From NCBI GenBank assembly GCA_041742355.1, contig JBGSIV010000088.1, positions 1 to 49,420 of the forward strand: a stretch of DNA of 49,420 bases. The letters run 5' to 3'. Made by a program: the position numbers and the translations under genes. The notes below the pieces were generated by a model, which worked only from the letters and a program-made list of their open reading frames with translations, did not search any database and was not told where the DNA came from. This DNA is from Candidatus Zixiibacteriota bacterium. Its GTDB lineage: Bacteria > Zixibacteria > MSB-5A5 > GN15 > FEB-12. This document shows, piece after piece, positions 48,956 to 49,420 of this stretch (within the stretch, counting starts at the first letter, position 1; each line of letters starts with the position of its first letter).

Positions 48956-49420
48956 GTAGGGCACGACCCTTCAGCGGTCGTGCCTTTTCTTCTCTTGTAG
49001 AATATTAGGGCACGATCCCTCGGCGGTCGTGCCTTCTCTTTTGTAGGTCAGGACCTTTACGGTCCTGACATTGACCTACACGAGCGTTTGGATACTGTCA
49101 TCCCGGGCCCCGACCCGGGATCCATGCCTTTTGACTTTGTCTTTGTGCCACGGACACACCCTGTGTGTCCGTGCGTGTCCTCTACACGGCGGACATCGTA
49201 CACAGCGCCGCTTGTGCGTGTCGACAGTCTACACGGCGGACCTTGTGCATCGCGACCCTTGTGCGCGGTGGCCCCCTATGAGTGGCAGACATTGTGCGCG
49301 GCACATGTCCACATGTGCCGCGTCCGACCACCCCCCCACAAAAAACCCGCCCCTCTTCCGAGAGGCGGGCGATACGCAAATCTGAAACATGGCGCCCAGA
49401 CACTGTCATCCCTGCGAAAG
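48956..49420. repeat. REP-like cluster (two gggcacga..tcgtgcc palindromes, B-C module, G, truncated C at the window edge) plus a minus-strand terminator at 49341-49369
   Basis: gtagggcacgacc...ggtcgtgcc twice; B 49043-49069; C 49097-49123; gcggcacatgtccacatgtgccgc; aaaaacccgccctc-ttcc-gagaggcggg. Confidence 0.8.

Overview
A GC-rich bacterial chromosomal segment, most consistent with an FCB-related lineage such as candidate division Zixibacteria (inferred from a Cys-flanked dockerin C-terminus, FlgD/T9SS-type C-terminal domains and PorV-like genes). Housekeeping genes include the tolQRAB-pal-cpoB operon, ligA, smpB-amidase, murI, rdgB, def, an orphan citF and a beta-decarboxylating dehydrogenase. 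They are interleaved with secreted or accessory genes: an SBBP/TSP3/dockerin protein, a PQQ-like propeller, a trimeric fibre, a PKD lipoprotein, two PorV-like barrels with a CTD-bearing propeller, an SPFH/zinc-ribbon pair, an ABC-F and an HhH-glycosylase-like gene. I found no rRNA, tRNA, CRISPR, transposase or integrase. The main unexplained signals are: (1) a very dense set of about 8 REP-like palindrome families (GTAG-type and GTCA-type) with covarying stems, assembled into ordered mosaics that recur in both orientations; (2) a decayed duplicate of the murI promoter and first 6 codons bracketing a fibre gene; (3) a PhaR-DNA-binding/phasin fusion that keeps a perfect internal Shine-Dalgarno; (4) strong enrichment of the Bacteroidota O-glycosylation sequon in exported proteins; (5) readable promoter logic, including an FNR/CRP-family box, ECF promoters and apparently leaderless housekeeping genes. 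All product calls come from motif recognition by eye, not database searches.
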